A stretch of DNA of 64,000 nucleotides from Tubiluchus corallicola (GCA_030141605.1 JAQGDQ010000638.1:1-64000), one strand, 5' to 3'. Counted from the first letter of the stretch, positions 14,301 to 36,372 are shown. Notes: generated by a model from the sequence alone, not told the origin. Program-made: numbers and translations.

Positions 14301-17300
14301 CTGTGATAAGCGAATTTCCGCAAAGTAGGAACGCTATACTTATTTTAGTAGTTATACATTATTTTAAGTCTTTATAAACCCTCCCCACACTCTTATACAT
14401 AACAGAGAAAGAAAACAAATTGCCCGGTACCTGAGCCAATCAGCGACTGGGATACAGAGCAGGATTGTCTGATTGGTCGCTTTCCATCAATTAACTAATC
14501 ATGAGTTGTGTACAATCTCACGTAGGCAGGTAGCATCTCAAGCGGGCGCAAGTACTAAATTTCCTTTTTGGTGTCTATTCATCCGCCGAATAAATATACT
14601 ATTTACTGTAAATGGTAATTTTTTATGATTTATAATATACTTTCCATGTTAGAATTAATATTTTAAATTTTAATATTTTATGCAAAATTCATCAAATCTA
14701 TTCATTACTGTACAATACGTACTACGCCTGTGCAAAAATACTTTAGATGGAGTACCTCAAAAACCCGCGAAACAGCAAAAATACTGGGATAAATATTTTA
14801 CATTAATATTTTTGAAAACCCACGAAACAGCGAGTCCGCGAAGTAGCGAGGGAACACTGTAGATGCAACTTTTCGATCATTTGTAAGTATGAAGAACATG
14901 AATGAACGTCTACTCAGCAACCCTCAATACTTCTCATATAATACACATACCTTGTGATCCATTGTGAAGTTTACAAGACTTTAGCAACATTTTGCTCTTT
15001 CATAAAGCAAGTTATTGAACTTTAGAAAATCATGTAATTTTGCTGACAAAAAACTGGTGTGGACATTCTACTTCAAAAAGCACAAAACAATTCATTATAA
15101 AACGCTCTTATGAATCTGATAGTAATAATTATATATTATTATATGATTTTTCAATGACATCTGTTTTGTCTCAGTACTTACAAGTTGTTTTTTGCTTGAA
15201 ATTAAGGTCATAGTTTGCAATTCCTTTAATTATTGTATTTTTTATTTCTCATCGACATCTTGTTGTTTGATAGTTACATATGTGAATGTTACCATATTTG
15301 TTTTGTCTTTTTTACTGAACCATCATTTTTAGTTTTGTTAAATTTTTTTTGGTCTCACCAATTTACAGAATCCAGATCACGACTCTTGCACAACCATAAC
15401 ATTTTGGGAAAGAGTTTACAATTGCCCACACACTCTAACCCTGACCCAAGTCCTAATTTTGACCCTAACTTTAACCCTAACTTTAACCCTAACCCTATTG
15501 TGAATCCACTTCACAAACTAATTTCTTGTGTGTGGAGTGTCAACTTTAGCCAATATTTGTATCCTTCATTCTGTTCCACAGCAAATGGTCACAACTTCCT
15601 GTCTCTGCCAAGAAGTTCATCGTATTTAGTTTTCAACAGGCAACGCAACATGTGACCAATACGTATTTATAACTAACCGACAGTCTCAGCATTATCCGTT
15701 ACGTCTTCAAATGGCCGCTCATCTATCTCTTCTTCGTCTTCGTCGTCATCATCATCATCGTCATCTTCATTAGTATCAGATGAACTCAAATCAGCATCCA
15801 CGAACGCTCTAGTGAAGTCCAACTCCCATTTAGCATCTACAAGCAGGAAGAAATTGGAAGCAGTAACTACTACATTATGCAGCACATTTACATCAACTGA
15901 CAAAAAATTACAAAGGTCAACAAAATGTTTAGCCCAAAACATTGAGGAGAAAATGAATGAAAGATAACTTAGATGCAATTCTGGACCAGAATTATATGAT
16001 GTAGTGTGTTGATAAAAAATTACTTTTGCACGTGACATATACATGTAAGAAAACAACCACCATAGCCAGGAATGCAAAAACAAAGACTTAGCAGTCTTTC
16101 ACTTGGTAAAATTGTTGAATAGCTCCATGTTTTCAAGGTAAGTAAATAATGAACAAGTTGCTAACATTAATCAGTCAATGAAATACATTATAATGAGCTG
16201 CAGTAATTAGCCTTTACAGAAAAATATTTTTCTGAATGTCACAAAGCGACAGGAATCATGCGCTTAGTGAGAGAAGCATCGGTTGATACTCTCTCTGGGT
16301 GGAAAGTTACGGAAGCTGAGCCTATTAATACATAGAGGTAGGAGGCACACACATGCTTCGTGAGAGAAGTATAGGTTGGATACTCTCTCTGGGTGGAAAG
16401 TTACGGAAGCTGAGCCTATTAATACGTAGAAGTAGGAGGCGCATACATGCTTCGTGAGAGAAGTATAGGTTTGATACTATCTCTGGGTGGAAACTAATGA
16501 AAGCTTAGCCTGTTAATACGTAGAGGTAGGAGACACATGCGAATTTTGCTCAAGACATTGATGTCAATTCACTGAAAAGTCATGCTCTTGTCACACAACA
16601 AATATGTCTTTGAGTAGGCCCTCTTTTTGATTGTTTTGAGTCCTCTCTGGTGTGAAACATACCAAAGTGTATAAAAACACTAGAAAAACAGTGAGCTGTT
16701 GTAAAATTCTATATAACTCGGCTACCTTTAATCTGGCGAACAGAAAAACCACGAAATGAAGGTTCCGGTTGATCATTTATAAACAAAGCTTCAGCAATAG
16801 AGGAATCACCGCGGACAGAAGCACGTGAAACCATCTAGGAAACAAATAATAGACAGGTTACGAAATTGTAAAATAAAATAGAGGATTTAAAACAACAGAA
16901 AAGAAACGTAGCTTAACTTGTTCAGTGGTTTACATGATTTAGGAATTATTTTTGCTACGCCAGGACTATACCAGGGAGGAAGAGAGGAGGTTCCTGTTGT
17001 CTTGGCAACTCGGGATCTCCATACACCTTGCCCAGGCGTGCGCCCTGGAGACGTTTATGGGACCTCACTGTTCAGCCACAGTCGACGCTGCAGCTCCATC
17101 AATGTGATCAATGACTGACTCTCTTGGTGCACACTCCATTGTCTTCCGAGACAGAAAGATGTCAACCACAAGAATTTTTGCTAACTGTTTAGGAACTATT
17201 TAAAGATCAAGACAAAGCCCCTTTGGACCCAGCAACAAATTGCAATTTTGTGACCATAGAGAGCCTCTAAGTGGACTTAAAATATCAATTACCTTGTTTC

Positions 17301-19644
17301 ATGCATAATTTAAAATACCCAACTATCAAGGATACATGATACCTAATTTTCTCAAAAACGCCTAAGTACTGACTGCTCCTATGCAAAAGTATATAAAAAC
17401 TGTCTGCAATTGACTCAAATAACTCCGCACAATTGATTCTATATTTTTATACATAGAGATATACACGTGGTTACACTGATGTACGTGATGTAAACAAAGT
17501 GACAGCCTGCCAACTAGCGGTCAGTTTGTGAAATAATGTACTGGGTTCGTAAAAATTTTCTCAACGAATTTACGCGATTTACAAAAATGGCACTACTGGT
17601 CTTCCAAAAACTTGGAATTCCGCGTATCCGCGGAAAATTCTCATCCCTACTTGTAGCAGCTCTACAATTTACGTAACTCAAAAATCTTAAAAAAGTGAAC
17701 ACCTGGAATACATTAATATATACAAACTTTCTCATTAACCTTGTCACTTTCACCTCCTTTATTTGCAGCCGATAAACTGCTGCATCTTGCCGAGACTTGT
17801 TTTCTATCAGCTACATCCTCTTCAAATGGGACCCATTCATCGTCACTGTCATAATCATCAGCATCATCGTCAACATTGTCATCTGTATCACTGGTGTCAA
17901 ATACAGCGTTTCTTATCTTGTTCTTGATCGTTTGACTTGGTTTCCTTGGTAACATGAAATCAGGCTTCCGAGGGTTCAAGCCTGAAGTATAAAGAAATTG
18001 AAGTTATAACAATATTTACGATTCTACTGAAGAAATCTCTACAAATTAAAGTGAACATTTTAACACAATTAACACATTGTCACATAAACTTTTGATAAGC
18101 AACTTGTATTTACTGGCAGCAGAGCCTTGTATGACTTGACTATATTGTACATTTTCTATGTTATTTTTTATCTTATAAAGCAGGGGTGTGCAAATTGCGG
18201 CCCGCGGGCCACTTGCGGCCCGCTGAGAGATTTTGTGCGGCCCGTGAAGAGATTTGTCAACCTAATGAAAGTGCGGCCCGGGCGATTAATTGAGTGTATC
18301 CAGCTGAAGTCTGTGCCACGATCCCAAAGATTGTGCGGGTAGTTTTTTCTACTAGATCGGATGCCATTAACCCTTACAAGACGGTTGTAGCTTAATGTCA
18401 CTGTACTACACAGACTGTGTGATACACATTACTAATATGCATTGTAATGAAATTACCAATATCTGTCCTGAAAGTAGAAATATATGGTTTGTACTATAAA
18501 TTTTAATAACTTCTAAAATAGTTTCTTGAGTGTAGTAGTAATGATGTACACAGGTCGGATGCAAAAAAATCGTTATTAGGACTTTCTGTACTTGGCTCCT
18601 TGATCAAACTGCATGTGGCCTGCAGGAATTGCCGGAAAATTTAATGTGGCCCGGCTAGTCAGATAATTTGCACACCCCTGTTATAAAGAGTTAGATGTAT
18701 TTAGCACTTAATGCGAGGTTAAACAATTTTCATTTTTCTGGTGTGACCACGATCTAGTTCAGCATCAGTATAATCCTCTGAAACAATGTGAGTTATTCAA
18801 ACGAGAAGCCAACTCGTCTTCCCGGCAATTGCCCATCCATTTACGAGAAAGGCTCAACTCTACTTAACTGTCATAACCAAAAAAGGCCATCACCAATCAG
18901 TCATTTCTCACTCTCTTATGCAGACATTTCTGCAACGTGTATACAAATAATACAACAAACATACCTTTTCCAAAGAATGTCTACTAAACAATGAAACCTG
19001 TCTAAAACAGGTGAATGAAATGGTTGTCAGGTAAACCTTTGATTACTAACACTGGCTAATAGATTCAGTCGGTTAAATGGGTCAAAGAACCTCCATCTCA
19101 AAGTGAATCTAGTAAACAGCATTTACTGTAATTAAAAGAGGGTTCCTATAGAATTTTAAAATAAATTTTCCTGACTTTTCCAAGACCAAATATTGATTTT
19201 CCAAGCAAGCAGAAATTGCACCAATAGTGTAACGTATTCATACATTTTTGTGTATGGACATTCATATAATGTGTGAGCCAATCATTATTTTTGGAATTTT
19301 TGAACAGAAATTGAAACTGGGAATCTTTTAGCAAAATTTTATCTAAACACGAATCGCTGAAAAATGTGTTTGGAAAAATATCGGTTCACGATGATTATTT
19401 TTGTAACCCTTTCTGATTTCCCTTGACTTTCCAGGATAGCCTGTAATTTCCAAGATTTTCCCTGACTGTGGAAACCCTGTTGAGACTTACCCAGTGAAAC
19501 CATCATGTCATAATTTTCCTTGATGCTTCTAAATCGAAGCTTCTCTAAATCGCAAAAGGTATCAAACTCGTCTCCGAAATACATCCGCAAATCATCATCA
19601 TTTTCCACCTCTTCACCAGGTGTAGCAAGGTCATCAGCATCCAT
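5442..19644 (-). CDS. PRDM9: PRDM9-like histone methyltransferase gene (KRAB-like, SSXRD, zinc knuckle, PR/SET, C2H2 array), multi-exon
   Basis: Phase-compatible GT-AG exons in transcription order: 19644-19491, 17981-17740, [16834-16726 and 15836-15678, probable], 14052-13630, 13502-13426, 12948-12745, 11773-11515, 10914-10819, 6190-5442. Domain order and motifs match PRDM9 (established knowledge). Linker exons between KRAB and SSXRD are less certain. Confidence 0.88.
6935..10608. mobile_element. Kolobok-like MITE copy split by the R2-like insertion (about 6935-7247 and 10299-10608)
   Basis: Both halves are colinear with the uninterrupted copy at 56210-56811; termini are eroded. Confidence 0.75.
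7248..10298 (+). mobile_element. R2-clade (RLE-type) non-LTR retrotransposon, 5'-truncated, endonuclease core deleted
   Basis: Zinc-finger remnant ([12 protein letters not shown]), Myb domain (WTDDE...LPHRTVGAI), RT motifs ([35 protein letters not shown]), CCHC knuckle (CRRC...HVLQQC), RHN. C-terminal helix in another frame (9906-10004), 3' UTR, AAAAT-type tail. Boundaries defined by the empty site in the MITE copy near 56500. Confidence 0.9.
10819..10914 (-). CDS. PRDM9: PRDM9-like exon: isolated post-SET C2H2 finger
   Basis: [24 protein letters not shown]; 96 nt, symmetric phase 1. Confidence 0.8.
11220..11318. repeat. (CT)n microsatellite
   Basis: Directly visible. Confidence 0.95.
11515..11773 (-). 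CDS. PRDM9: PRDM9-like exon: PR/SET domain, second part
   Basis: [31 protein letters not shown]...[15 protein letters not shown], a near-canonical PRDM9/7 PR domain; G|GTAAGC donor. Confidence 0.93.
12745..12948 (-). CDS. PRDM9: PRDM9-like exon: PR/SET domain, first part
   Basis: ...[27 protein letters not shown]...GYCWQ; 204 nt, phase 0 to 0. Confidence 0.92.
13426..13502 (-). CDS. PRDM9: PRDM9-like exon: pre-SET zinc knuckle
   Basis: (Y)[26 protein letters not shown]-x2-C-x7-C-x2-H; ttgcag acceptor, AAG|GTAAG donor. Too short for the ORF track. Confidence 0.88.
13630..14052 (-). CDS. PRDM9: PRDM9-like exon ending in SSXRD
   Basis: [25 protein letters not shown] matches the SSXRD pattern Y.LR.R....Y.E..EP.DDD.L; tattttag acceptor, T|GTAAGT donor. 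Confidence 0.85.
14167..14859. mobile_element. Tc1/mariner (Tigger-like) MITE with duplicated left end
   Basis: TA|CAGTGTTCCCTC (14262)...GAGGGAACACTG|TA; an extra 95-bp left-end copy starts at 14167; homologous to 47596-48186. Confidence 0.8.
15678..15836 (-). CDS. Probable PRDM9 acidic linker exon
   Basis: ttcttcctgcttgtag|AT...GTCG|GTTAGT, 159 nt, symmetric phase 1, open ([27 protein letters not shown]...). Confidence 0.55.
16269..16540. repeat. 93/94-bp tandem repeat, about 3 copies
   Basis: GAGAGAAG unit starts at 16269, 16362, 16456. Confidence 0.9.
16726..16834 (-). CDS. Probable PRDM9 linker exon
   Basis: ttgtttcctag|ATG...AAAG|GTAGCC, 109 nt, open, phase 0 to 1 ([36 protein letters not shown]); fits the phases of its neighbours. 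Confidence 0.5.
17740..17981 (-). CDS. PRDM9: PRDM9-like exon: KRAB tail and acidic linker
   Basis: Acceptor cttcag|GC completes Gly; [10 protein letters not shown] matches the GL...P.FM end of the PRDM9 KRAB; DSDDEWVP follows. Donor ambiguous: AAG|GTTAAT (phase 0) or GAG|GTGAAA at about 17754 (phase 1). Confidence 0.75.
18181..18680. mobile_element. hAT (Charlie-like) MITE
   Basis: CAGGGGTGTGCAAATT...AATTTGCACACCCCTG with a perfect 8-bp TSD TTATAAAG. Confidence 0.92.
19491..19644 (-). CDS. PRDM9: PRDM9-like exon: start codon and ancestral KRAB-like domain
   Basis: MDADD...[34 protein letters not shown], then donor G|GTAAGT. Resembles the PRDM9 KRAB pattern YF..EW....EK.RY.N.K.NY.....IG. 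In-frame TGA upstream of the ATG. Confidence 0.8.
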
Positions 19645-19781
19645 GACAATCCTTGTCACGTCTACTCTAACCTTTCCACAGTCAGCAAATGTTGAGAATC
19701 AAACATTAAATTTTCTCACCTAAAAAATAGTTACAGAGTTAAAAGCTGAAATACTTTATTATATCAATATAATGTATTTAA

Positions 19782-20264
19782 AGCAAAACCGGACATAATA
19801 TTAAACTGTAGGTCAAAACAATTTATTCTTTAAATTATTGAAAGGAAACATAATATTTTTTCAAAAATAACTTACTTGAAACAATTATCATCACACAAAT
19901 GGAATTTCCGCCACTAATTCTTCGTTGTTACATTCGATAGTTAGACGGGCACCTGCATTTCGAAAACGTGTTGCACAAAAAACAGGTGTTGAACCACTCA
20001 GTTGAAATGTGTTAATCGGAGTAGCACTGTACTTCAATTTTCACTTTTGCAAGCACGTGCAACACGCTGGTGGAATGTTTTTGCTGTTAAAAATTATGTT
20101 AGTTTGTGAGGTCATCAATAGTTGGGCTCACCCACCGTTAAAATTAAGTTTTTAATCTGTTATTTAATTATCAGAAACACTTTTGCAGTATTAATCGTAC
20201 TAAAATGTATACCTTTTATTGGACTTGAAAATGGGGTAGTGAATGAAAATCTTCCGGTCTTCCT
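19782..20264. mobile_element. Kolobok-like MITE (TTAA TSD)
   Basis: TTAA|AGCAAAACCGGA...TCCGGTCTTCCT|TTAA (10/12 TIR match); homologous to 56210-56811. Confidence 0.75.
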
Positions 20265-20545
20265 TTAATTATACACTTACTGCATTTATCAGTGATAAAA
20301 CTCAACTAAAATAAAACGAAATTGATTCAAATTGCAGTAAAGATGCACCATTAATTTCCTTTGGCTCACAATTAAAATAAATGTGTTGATGTTGCAATCA
20401 CCATACTGCTGAGCTATATACAAACACGTTTGACTCGTACTGAAATTACTGTTAATGACTGCATAGTAAACAACTATACGTTTGAGAATTCACTCTACAA
20501 CCCTATAAACCATGATCAACAACTAAAGGCTGCAAGTGTTAGTTG

Positions 20546-21530
20546 NNNNNNNNNNNNNNNNNNNNNNNNNNNNNNNNNNNNNNNNNNNNNNNNNNNNNNN
20601 NNNNNNNNNNNNNNNNNNNNNNNNNNNNNNNNNNNNNNNNNNNNNNNNNNNNNNNNNNNNNNNNNNNNNNNNNNNNNNNNNNNNNNNNNNNNNNNNNNNN
20701 NNNNNNNNNNNNNNNNNNNNNNNNNNNNNNNNNNNNNNNNNNNNNNNNNNNNNNNNNNNNNNNNNNNNNNNNNNNNNNNNNNNNNNNNNNNNNNNNNNNN
20801 NNNNNNNNNNNNNNNNNNNNNNNNNNNNNNNNNNNNNNNNNNNNNNNNNNNNNNNNNNNNNNNNNNNNNNNNNNNNNNNNNNNNNNNNNNNNNNNNNNNN
20901 NNNNNNNNNNNNNNNNNNNNNNNNNNNNNNNNNNNNNNNNNNNNNNNNNNNNNNNNNNNNNNNNNNNNNNNNNNNNNNNNNNNNNNNNNNNNNNNNNNNN
21001 NNNNNNNNNNNNNNNNNNNNNNNNNNNNNNNNNNNNNNNNNNNNNNNNNNNNNNNNNNNNNNNNNNNNNNNNNNNNNNNNNNNNNNNNNNNNNNNNNNNN
21101 NNNNNNNNNNNNNNNNNNNNNNNNNNNNNNNNNNNNNNNNNNNNNNNNNNNNNNNNNNNNNNNNNNNNNNNNNNNNNNNNNNNNNNNNNNNNNNNNNNNN
21201 NNNNNNNNNNNNNNNNNNNNNNNNNNNNNNNNNNNNNNNNNNNNNNNNNNNNNNNNNNNNNNNNNNNNNNNNNNNNNNNNNNNNNNNNNNNNNNNNNNNN
21301 NNNNNNNNNNNNNNNNNNNNNNNNNNNNNNNNNNNNNNNNNNNNNNNNNNNNNNNNNNNNNNNNNNNNNNNNNNNNNNNNNNNNNNNNNNNNNNNNNNNN
21401 NNNNNNNNNNNNNNNNNNNNNNNNNNNNNNNNNNNNNNNNNNNNNNNNNNNNNNNNNNNNNNNNNNNNNNNNNNNNNNNNNNNNNNNNNNNNNNNNNNNN
21501 NNNNNNNNNNNNNNNNNNNNNNNNNNNNNN
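20546..21530. other. Assembly gap (985 N)
   Basis: Run of N. Confidence 1.
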
Positions 21531-22638
21531 CATCAGTATTTACAGCAATTGATGGATTTTCATGGCTGATATTTCATGGAAAACTTTGGCTCATTAGACT
21601 GAAAGTAACAAAGTCATTATTTTTAGATTAGGAAGGGCAGTATATGCATCATATGATTCGTCACTGTTAATATGACTAATAATTTCTTTGAAAATTATTA
21701 TGCTTCAATTACGGCGTAAATGAAATTTAGGGAATCAATGATGAAATTACAGATGGTGATGATGATAAATATTCAGATAATGATGACTTTCAACACTTGC
21801 CTTTAAAAGTAGATTGATGAACCTATGAGGTGTTTGTACTAAATCAGTACGATGATGATGATAAAGATGCGGATAAAGATGACTTTCAACACTTGCCTTT
21901 AAAGTAGATTGTTGAACCTATGAGGAATTCGTACTAAATCAGTATGCCCAAATTTTAATGATGATCATAGTAATGAGATTTCAACATATAAGTTCACTGC
22001 CAATTTTTCACAATTAAAAGGTGATTTGTTTTCCAGGAATATTATCGATGACCCTTCATGTAGCTGCAACAATTCGACTGAGAGACCCCCCCACCATTAT
22101 TTTTTTGAGTGTTCAAACTATGACATACACAGAACACTATTATCGACACATAACTCAAGAATTACACACTAACCCCAGACCTGCTGTTATTTACAACAAA
22201 ATTTTCATAAATTCAGGCCAGGTCATCCATTCAGTGTCATTCTCTTTAAATTGTTGCAGAATTACATAAAGTCTACTAAACGTTCTGCTAATTGATTGTA
22301 TGTGTAATTGTATATTAAATTGTAACCTGAATTATTTTGAATTTTGGATTTTTGAATTAAACACCTGTTCGATCAATCATACTTTTGTATAACTAATAGG
22401 ATGATGTACACTGATAATTGTTTCTGGTATCGCTTCTGTACTCTACGAGCTTTGTGTATTTCAATATTAAGTGTTACTTGTGTTTTAGAACTAACTATCT
22501 ATGTAACTATATTCTTGATAACCAATTGCTCATAGTAGACGAGTGTTCTTCAGCGCTAGAAAGACTGTGTTATCAATATTGGCTGTATTACACAGTATAC
22601 GGCCAGATGCACTTAGCAGAGTAAATTACAGCTGTATA

Positions 22639-22970
22639 CAGTCGACCCTCGTTAAACCGGACCCCGTTAGCCCGGATATCGGATAAGACGGACGTCATCC
22701 ATGGTAAAGGAAACTGACCGATTTCCGTCCGAGCTGGAGCGCTAAACACAACACGGCCTACCAAATGTACAATAATTTCTTTATCCTCACAGGTTAACTA
22801 TTTTAAAGTAATATACAGTATAGTATATAGTGCAATGTATATGGGCCTTATTAAGGTGATTATTCCTGTATAATATAGACCATATACAGGCATATCGGAT
22901 AAATCGGACAATCGGCTAAACCGGACCACCCCCCCACCCCCAATTAGTCCGGTTTAACGAGGGTTGACTG
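22639..22970. mobile_element. Tc1/mariner MITE
   Basis: TA|CAGTCGACCCTCGTTAAACCGGAC...GTCCGGTTTAACGAGGGTTGACTG|TA (23/24 TIR match). Confidence 0.9.
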
Positions 22971-25869
22971 TATTTGAATATAGCTGCTGTAAAGCACAGA
23001 AAACAGTGTTGCATTACAGTTGTGATAAGTTGTGCAGATAAATTGATAAAATAATAGGAAACTGAAAAATTGGTTTATGAAAAAATCTCCTTTATGCTTC
23101 AGAAGCTACGAAAGTGCTTCTCAAGGCATGACTACAAATTTATTTTGCATTTAAATCAATATGTGTAACGCAGAGAAATTTTTAAAACAAGGAATAACTA
23201 TTTAAGTTTGCAAAGATATTAATTTACCAATTTTTATTTCCATTGATTCAAACTTTATGCAGAGGGTGCTGGAAGCCGCATGCTCCAAAAAATTGAATTG
23301 TCAGGTGTTTTACCTTTCTGCTGTTCCAACTGAAACAACTTTTCCAGTGAACTTGCTTAAAGTGCTGGTCTCTGGAAAGTGCTGCGCGGGGCTGGATTGT
23401 CCCTTCCCCCATTAACTATGCCACCGATCTCATGTACACAATCTTACAATGAGAATAATAAAGTCATTTATAAAGACTGAACAAAACAACGCCAGTTGTC
23501 GATCAAGGCAAAGGATTACCTTGCTTTTTGCCAACTGACTTCTGTTTAGATCACAGAGTCTTCTAAATTACCTTTGTAATATTGTATTACAGGGGAACAA
23601 TTTTTTTGAATTTGAAACAAAATTATAATATAAATAAAATTTGTTATAAGTACACAACAGAACTTGCTAGTAATTAATAGATGGCATCTACTGTCTTTGG
23701 GTGGTTGAGGCAACGGGATTACAGTTGTGACTAGGACCCTTCTAAAACAATAGCAAGAACTTTAAGAAAGAAATCACAGCGAATGCTGGATTTGCAAAGA
23801 GCTGCACTCAAGAATGCCCAGAGCTTACATAACCAATGGCATCAATGAAAAGAGAGCCTGAATGGATTTTCCATAAATAGAGCAATAAAAAGCAGCTCAT
23901 TCAGTGAAACAAGACATATACAGGCAAAAATTTAGAAAATATGTTTGTTTTGTATTAGTGTTCCCATTTCATGTTGTTTTAGATGCCGTATGTTTTGTAT
24001 TTTCTCAAATTGTTGTCACTATTAGCGTGCAAAATAATCTATTTTCCTGGTGTAAAAGCAGATGTTCGCGAAAACCATGGTAGCGACTTACTGCAATAAG
24101 GAACCCTGGGTTAGTCTGTTAAATAAATGCACATCACTTAGACAGTCATAGCGAAATTCCAACAATTGATTTACTAATAGTAATTAAAACGTAATTGTGC
24201 GAAAGGCACACAATATTTAACATTATTCAACTTCAGTACAAACTAATACGCGATTTACTAAACATTTATTAAGATGACCCGCTCAAATCACTGATGGCTC
24301 CTGAACGTCACCCACACTCACGAATAAGCATGCCGGTAAATGTCATTCTACAACATATCTACTTAATATCTACAATGAAATTAGAAAATGCACTTTTCTA
24401 CCTTTCTGCTCTGCAGATGGCTGCGTGCTGAAAGCAGGAACTACTTGCATTGTACCAGTTTTTTTTTCTTTTTTTGACATCGCAATTCAAATGACACAAC
24501 AGAGCATTCCTAACGTAAAGCTGAATCGCTTTAGTCCGGCGTTGTATTTATAATACATAGTAATGATTATAATATTACACAACATTAATAACTGATATTG
24601 ATTCGGTACTAATACTCTTACTACTGTTAGAAATAGTACTACCGTTAAATATATATATATTCTGACTTTCAATTTGCTCACAAACCAAGTGAATTTAACT
24701 TGCAATTATAATATAATTTTCTAAAAAAAAATCAAGAAGAAATCTTAATTATAAGATTGTCATCAAATTTTAACTTAAGCGTTAACTAAAAATCTAAAAA
24801 TGTGAGAGAAAATGAGAGAATTCTTAAGGGGGAAAACGGAAATTAAAGCGACTGAACAGCAAAGCGGCAACAGCAACAAACAGAACAATATTCATGAAAA
24901 TACAAAACAACATTAACAACAATCATAACCACCGTCATTACTGCCATCACGAACACCAATGACGACAATGATGATGATGACGATCACAACAACAACAACA
25001 CTACCACAAATCAAGGACGTCAAGTGAAACTAGCATCAAAGAGCTAAAAAGCCAATTGGGAATATTTTATCCTACAAGCCAGTATGCAGCACTTGATTCA
25101 GAGTCTGCTAATATTGATAATGCATATGTTAGGAACAGGACGTAGCTAATTAAAGAGAATAATCCTGTGAGATGACACATCGCTTTTGCTGCTGTAACTA
25201 ACACAGGGATTGCAAGCAGTATAACGCATGCTGTCAGCATCATCACCAATATTGTCATCGTTCTCATTATTGTCATTTTCATCATTGTCATCATCGACAC
25301 TTTCATCGTCATCATACCCAAAAATCACCACTATCCACCATCAATAGGGCAAGCTTTTATTGTTGTTTTTACGGTTGGGTTAGTTAAGGAGATAACTTTT
25401 TGAAAAAATCTGCGAATTTACAATAGATCATCATGATTGTGTTACTGAAACGTAACACGAAAATTTTGGTCCAACGTAAGTAATACCCAGACGGTGACTT
25501 CAAGTCCCCAATATCGTTGTGGAAAGAAAACCAAAAATCCAACCAATTCGCAGCAGATTGTCATCAAATTTTACCAGACTATACTAGAATGAAATCTAGA
25601 TTGACGGACGAAGTCGCTATCTATAATTCAAGATTATAGATTTCAAAATAACTTTGTAGCAGCAGCGGTAACCAAAGTCCAGCTTTTTCTATACATTTAC
25701 TATACAGCTGCAGTACGTGAATTACGAGCATTTGTTTTTGAAAATTAATTTTATTATACATGGACACTTTTTGTTAATTGCACATTATTATGTTCTTAAT
25801 AGCAGTCAATAGCACGGGTTCGCCGCCTTGTTTGCCTGGTTTCATTGTGGCAGAATAAGTTTTTTTATA

Positions 25870-25890
25870 AATCGATGACGTCACTCGATT
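25870..25890. promoter_or_regulatory. Consensus CRE (TGACGTCA) in an extended imperfect palindrome upstream of the annexin start
   Basis: AATCGA-TGACGTCA-CTCGATT, about 300 bp 5' of the annexin ATG; motif match only. Confidence 0.35.
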
Positions 25891-26187
25891 ATTACCGAAA
25901 ACTGGTAGGAAAAGTTTGCCTAGTTACTTTGTGTATATGCGTAACTGCGTACTTCACAACCATGAGTTGTCACTTTCTATTACGTCATTAAGACTTCTCA
26001 AAGCTTCAAGAAACATGCAGACACACAGTCAGCAACCAAAAAAATTGGATAATAATAACAAAAAGTTTGAAATTTACCAAATTTAGCTATTGGATGTGTT
26101 GCACTAACTGCCTGAACTCGTGTCATGATAACATTGATTGTTCAAGAGGTTAATGTCTTTCCAACAGGTTCTTAGAGGTGATTCAAA

Positions 26188-35827
<9,640 letters not shown>

Positions 35828-36085
35828 ATATGCAAGTTGGAGGCATTCCATACAAAAAATCTTCCAATTTTACGGTTTTAAGTTGTAACAGTTGTAACTT
35901 GTTATAACTATTTGATATGTCAGTTTGTACGTAATAAAAATAGTGTGGAATAACTTGTTATATGAACACGGTTGTTTTAGTCATGTGATTGTACACGATA
36001 GTTTGGAACTGAAAAACAGTTGGCGTTACAGCGGTATAGCATTAGTGGCTGATAGCATGAGAAAAAATCTCGAGAAATAAATTTG

Positions 36086-36372
36086 AGCATGGCAGCCAGG
36101 TAGCTTTTGCGGCTGCAAGCATGGCAGCCATGTAGCTTTTGCGGCTGCAAGCATGGCAACCTGGTAGCTTTTGCGGTTGCAAGCATGGCAACCGGGTTGC
36201 TTTAATGGCTACAAGCATGGCAACCGGGTAGCTTTTGCGGCTGCAAGCATAGCAACCTGGTAGCTTTTGCGGCTGCAAGCATGGCAACCTGGTTGCTTTT
36301 AGTGGCTACAAGCATGACATTTCGGTAGCTTTGGTGGCTGAAAGCATGGCACGTTTTGTGGGTGAAAGCATG
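36086..36372. repeat. Tandem repeat of about 32 bp (AGCATGGCAACC.GGTAGCTTTTGCGGCTGCA)
   Basis: About 9 degenerating copies. Confidence 0.9.

Noticed and set aside
15435-15497. CCCTAA-like repeats as a telomere (also 35471-35517 and TTAGGG in 1798-2230)
   Set aside because: Short, degenerate and interstitial; more likely parts of dispersed repeats.
20430-21631. ORFs of 336-379 aa
   Set aside because: Artefacts of the N gap.
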